From positions 11,594-75,593 of the forward strand of contig SXHN01000035.1 in NCBI GenBank assembly GCA_005773635.1: a DNA stretch of 64,000 nt, read 5' to 3'. The notes below the pieces were generated by a model that saw only the letters and a list, made by a program, of their open reading frames with translations, searched no databases and was not told where the DNA came from. The DNA is from Actinomycetota bacterium. Its GTDB lineage: Bacteria; Actinomycetota; Acidimicrobiia; IMCC26256; PALSA-610. The position numbers and the translations under genes are program-made. Below are positions 63,134-64,000 of the stretch, piece by piece (within the stretch, counting starts at the first letter, position 1; every line of letters starts with the position of its first letter).

Positions 63134-64000
63134 GTGAACGAGCCGCTTAATGCCGCGCTGCTCGCGGTGTTGCGCGACCGGCTCGGAATCGTCGACCTGC
63201 AGTACCAAAGCGGCGCGACGCCGGTCACACTTCACGGCGGGCACTCCTCGGATCTCTACCACTTCGCACTCGAAGGCGCACCGACACCATTCGATGGGTC
63301 GCTCGTGCTCCGCGTCATACGAAAGCGTTCCGACGAACGTGCCGCCCGCGAGCGCGATGCACAAGATGCCGCCGCTCAGGCCGGATACCCGACACCAAGC
63401 GTGTTCCTCTTTGGAGGCTCCGAAGCCGGTTTGGGGAATCCGTTTTCAATCATGCGAGCTGTAACGGGTCAGACGCCACTTGCCGCAGCTGGCATCGTCG
63501 GGCTACCACGGCTCTTTCGAGAAATTCCTGGCACGCTCGCCAATGTGATGGCACAGCTACACAGATTGCCGATCGAGGTCTCTGACGGCGTCGATGAACT
63601 TCTCGCTGGCGTCGCAGATCGAGACATCTTTGCTTGGCTCGCTGCCCGCCGCCCGTCTGAGTATCAACGAGTGTTATGCCATGGCGACCTCCACGGAGAG
63701 AACATCCTCGTGGTCAATGGCGAAGTAACCGCGGTACTCGATTGGGAGCTCGCGTGCGGAGGGCCCCGCGAGCTCGATGTTGCCCGTACTGCCCTCATCC
63801 TGGCGGTATTGCCCGGCATCTCACGCACCGCGGCGCGTTTGCTCGCGCGAGTTGGCCAACGCAGCGCCAACCGTTTCGTCGACTCATACCGACAATTGTG
63901 TCCTGTCGATACTGCGATCCTCGCTTGGTTCGACGTCGCCCACACCGCTCGCGCTCTCAACGTAGCCAGTGGGCATGGCACCATCGCCGATGCGTGGCGC
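63134..64000 (+). CDS. Phosphotransferase (APH-like) family protein, 3' end outside the window
   Basis: The frame from GTG 63134 is open to the window end. It contains VLCHGDLHGENILV and VLDWELACGGPRELDVA kinase motifs. It is absent from the ORF track because there is no stop in the window. Confidence 0.7.
   Translation, partial: MNEPLNAALLAVLRDRLGIVDLQYQSGATPVTLHGGHSSDLYHFALEGAPTPFDGSLVLRVIRKRSDERAARERDAQDAAAQAGYPTPSVFLFGGSEAGLGNPFSIMRAVTGQTPLAAAGIVGLPRLFREIPGTLANVMAQLHRLPIEVSDGVDELLAGVADRDIFAWLAARRPSEYQRVLCHGDLHGENILVVNGEVTAVLDWELACGGPRELDVARTALILAVLPGISRTAARLLARVGQRSANRFVDSYRQLCPVDTAILAWFDVAHTARALNVASGHGTIADAWR

Overview
This is a high-GC, densely coding chromosome segment with clear Actinomycetota signatures: WhiB, GlnR, GlnII, a helicase/secretion-neighbourhood Tad-like operon, and an ArsA pair beside whiB. 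From 1 to 4.5 kb lie the tail of a DUF1998-type helicase and a Tad-like pilus/secretion operon, and a tRNA-Sec sits at 4.76 kb. Next come a scramblase-like gene, an ECF sigma factor with a putative anti-sigma partner, a SigB-like sigma factor, a ferritin-like three-gene operon, nadE, glnII, divergent glnA-glnR, RidA, an XDH-like Fe-S protein, IscA, Mrp, a MacB-type ABC pair, MBL and NUDIX hydrolases, selA-selB, DUF3467, whiB, NfeD, two ArsA-like ATPases, a receiver protein and cysQ. tRNA-Pro(CGG) at 35.49 kb is followed by an accessory island of about 8 kb (35.6-43.6 kb). The first part of the island is an array of eight conserved ~42-bp repeats, each bracketing a single small gene (lipoproteins or small membrane proteins). 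One repeat is split by a frameshifted IS110/IS1111-family element. The rest of the island is a minus-strand block containing a SUFU-like immunity-type gene, an overlapping three-gene module with an HTH protein, and a nucleoside 2-deoxyribosyltransferase plus 2-TM protein pair. The 43.8-64 kb region encodes tailoring and catabolic enzymes: APH-type kinases, alpha/beta hydrolases, a Fe-ADH-like / DegT / PIG-L trio, PhyH, SDRs, amidohydrolases, a P450, a Rieske oxygenase, ThuA and a carotenoid-oxygenase-like gene. The repeat-delimited gene array next to tRNA-Pro is the most unusual feature. All calls come from reading the sequence and the ORF translations; no database search was run.
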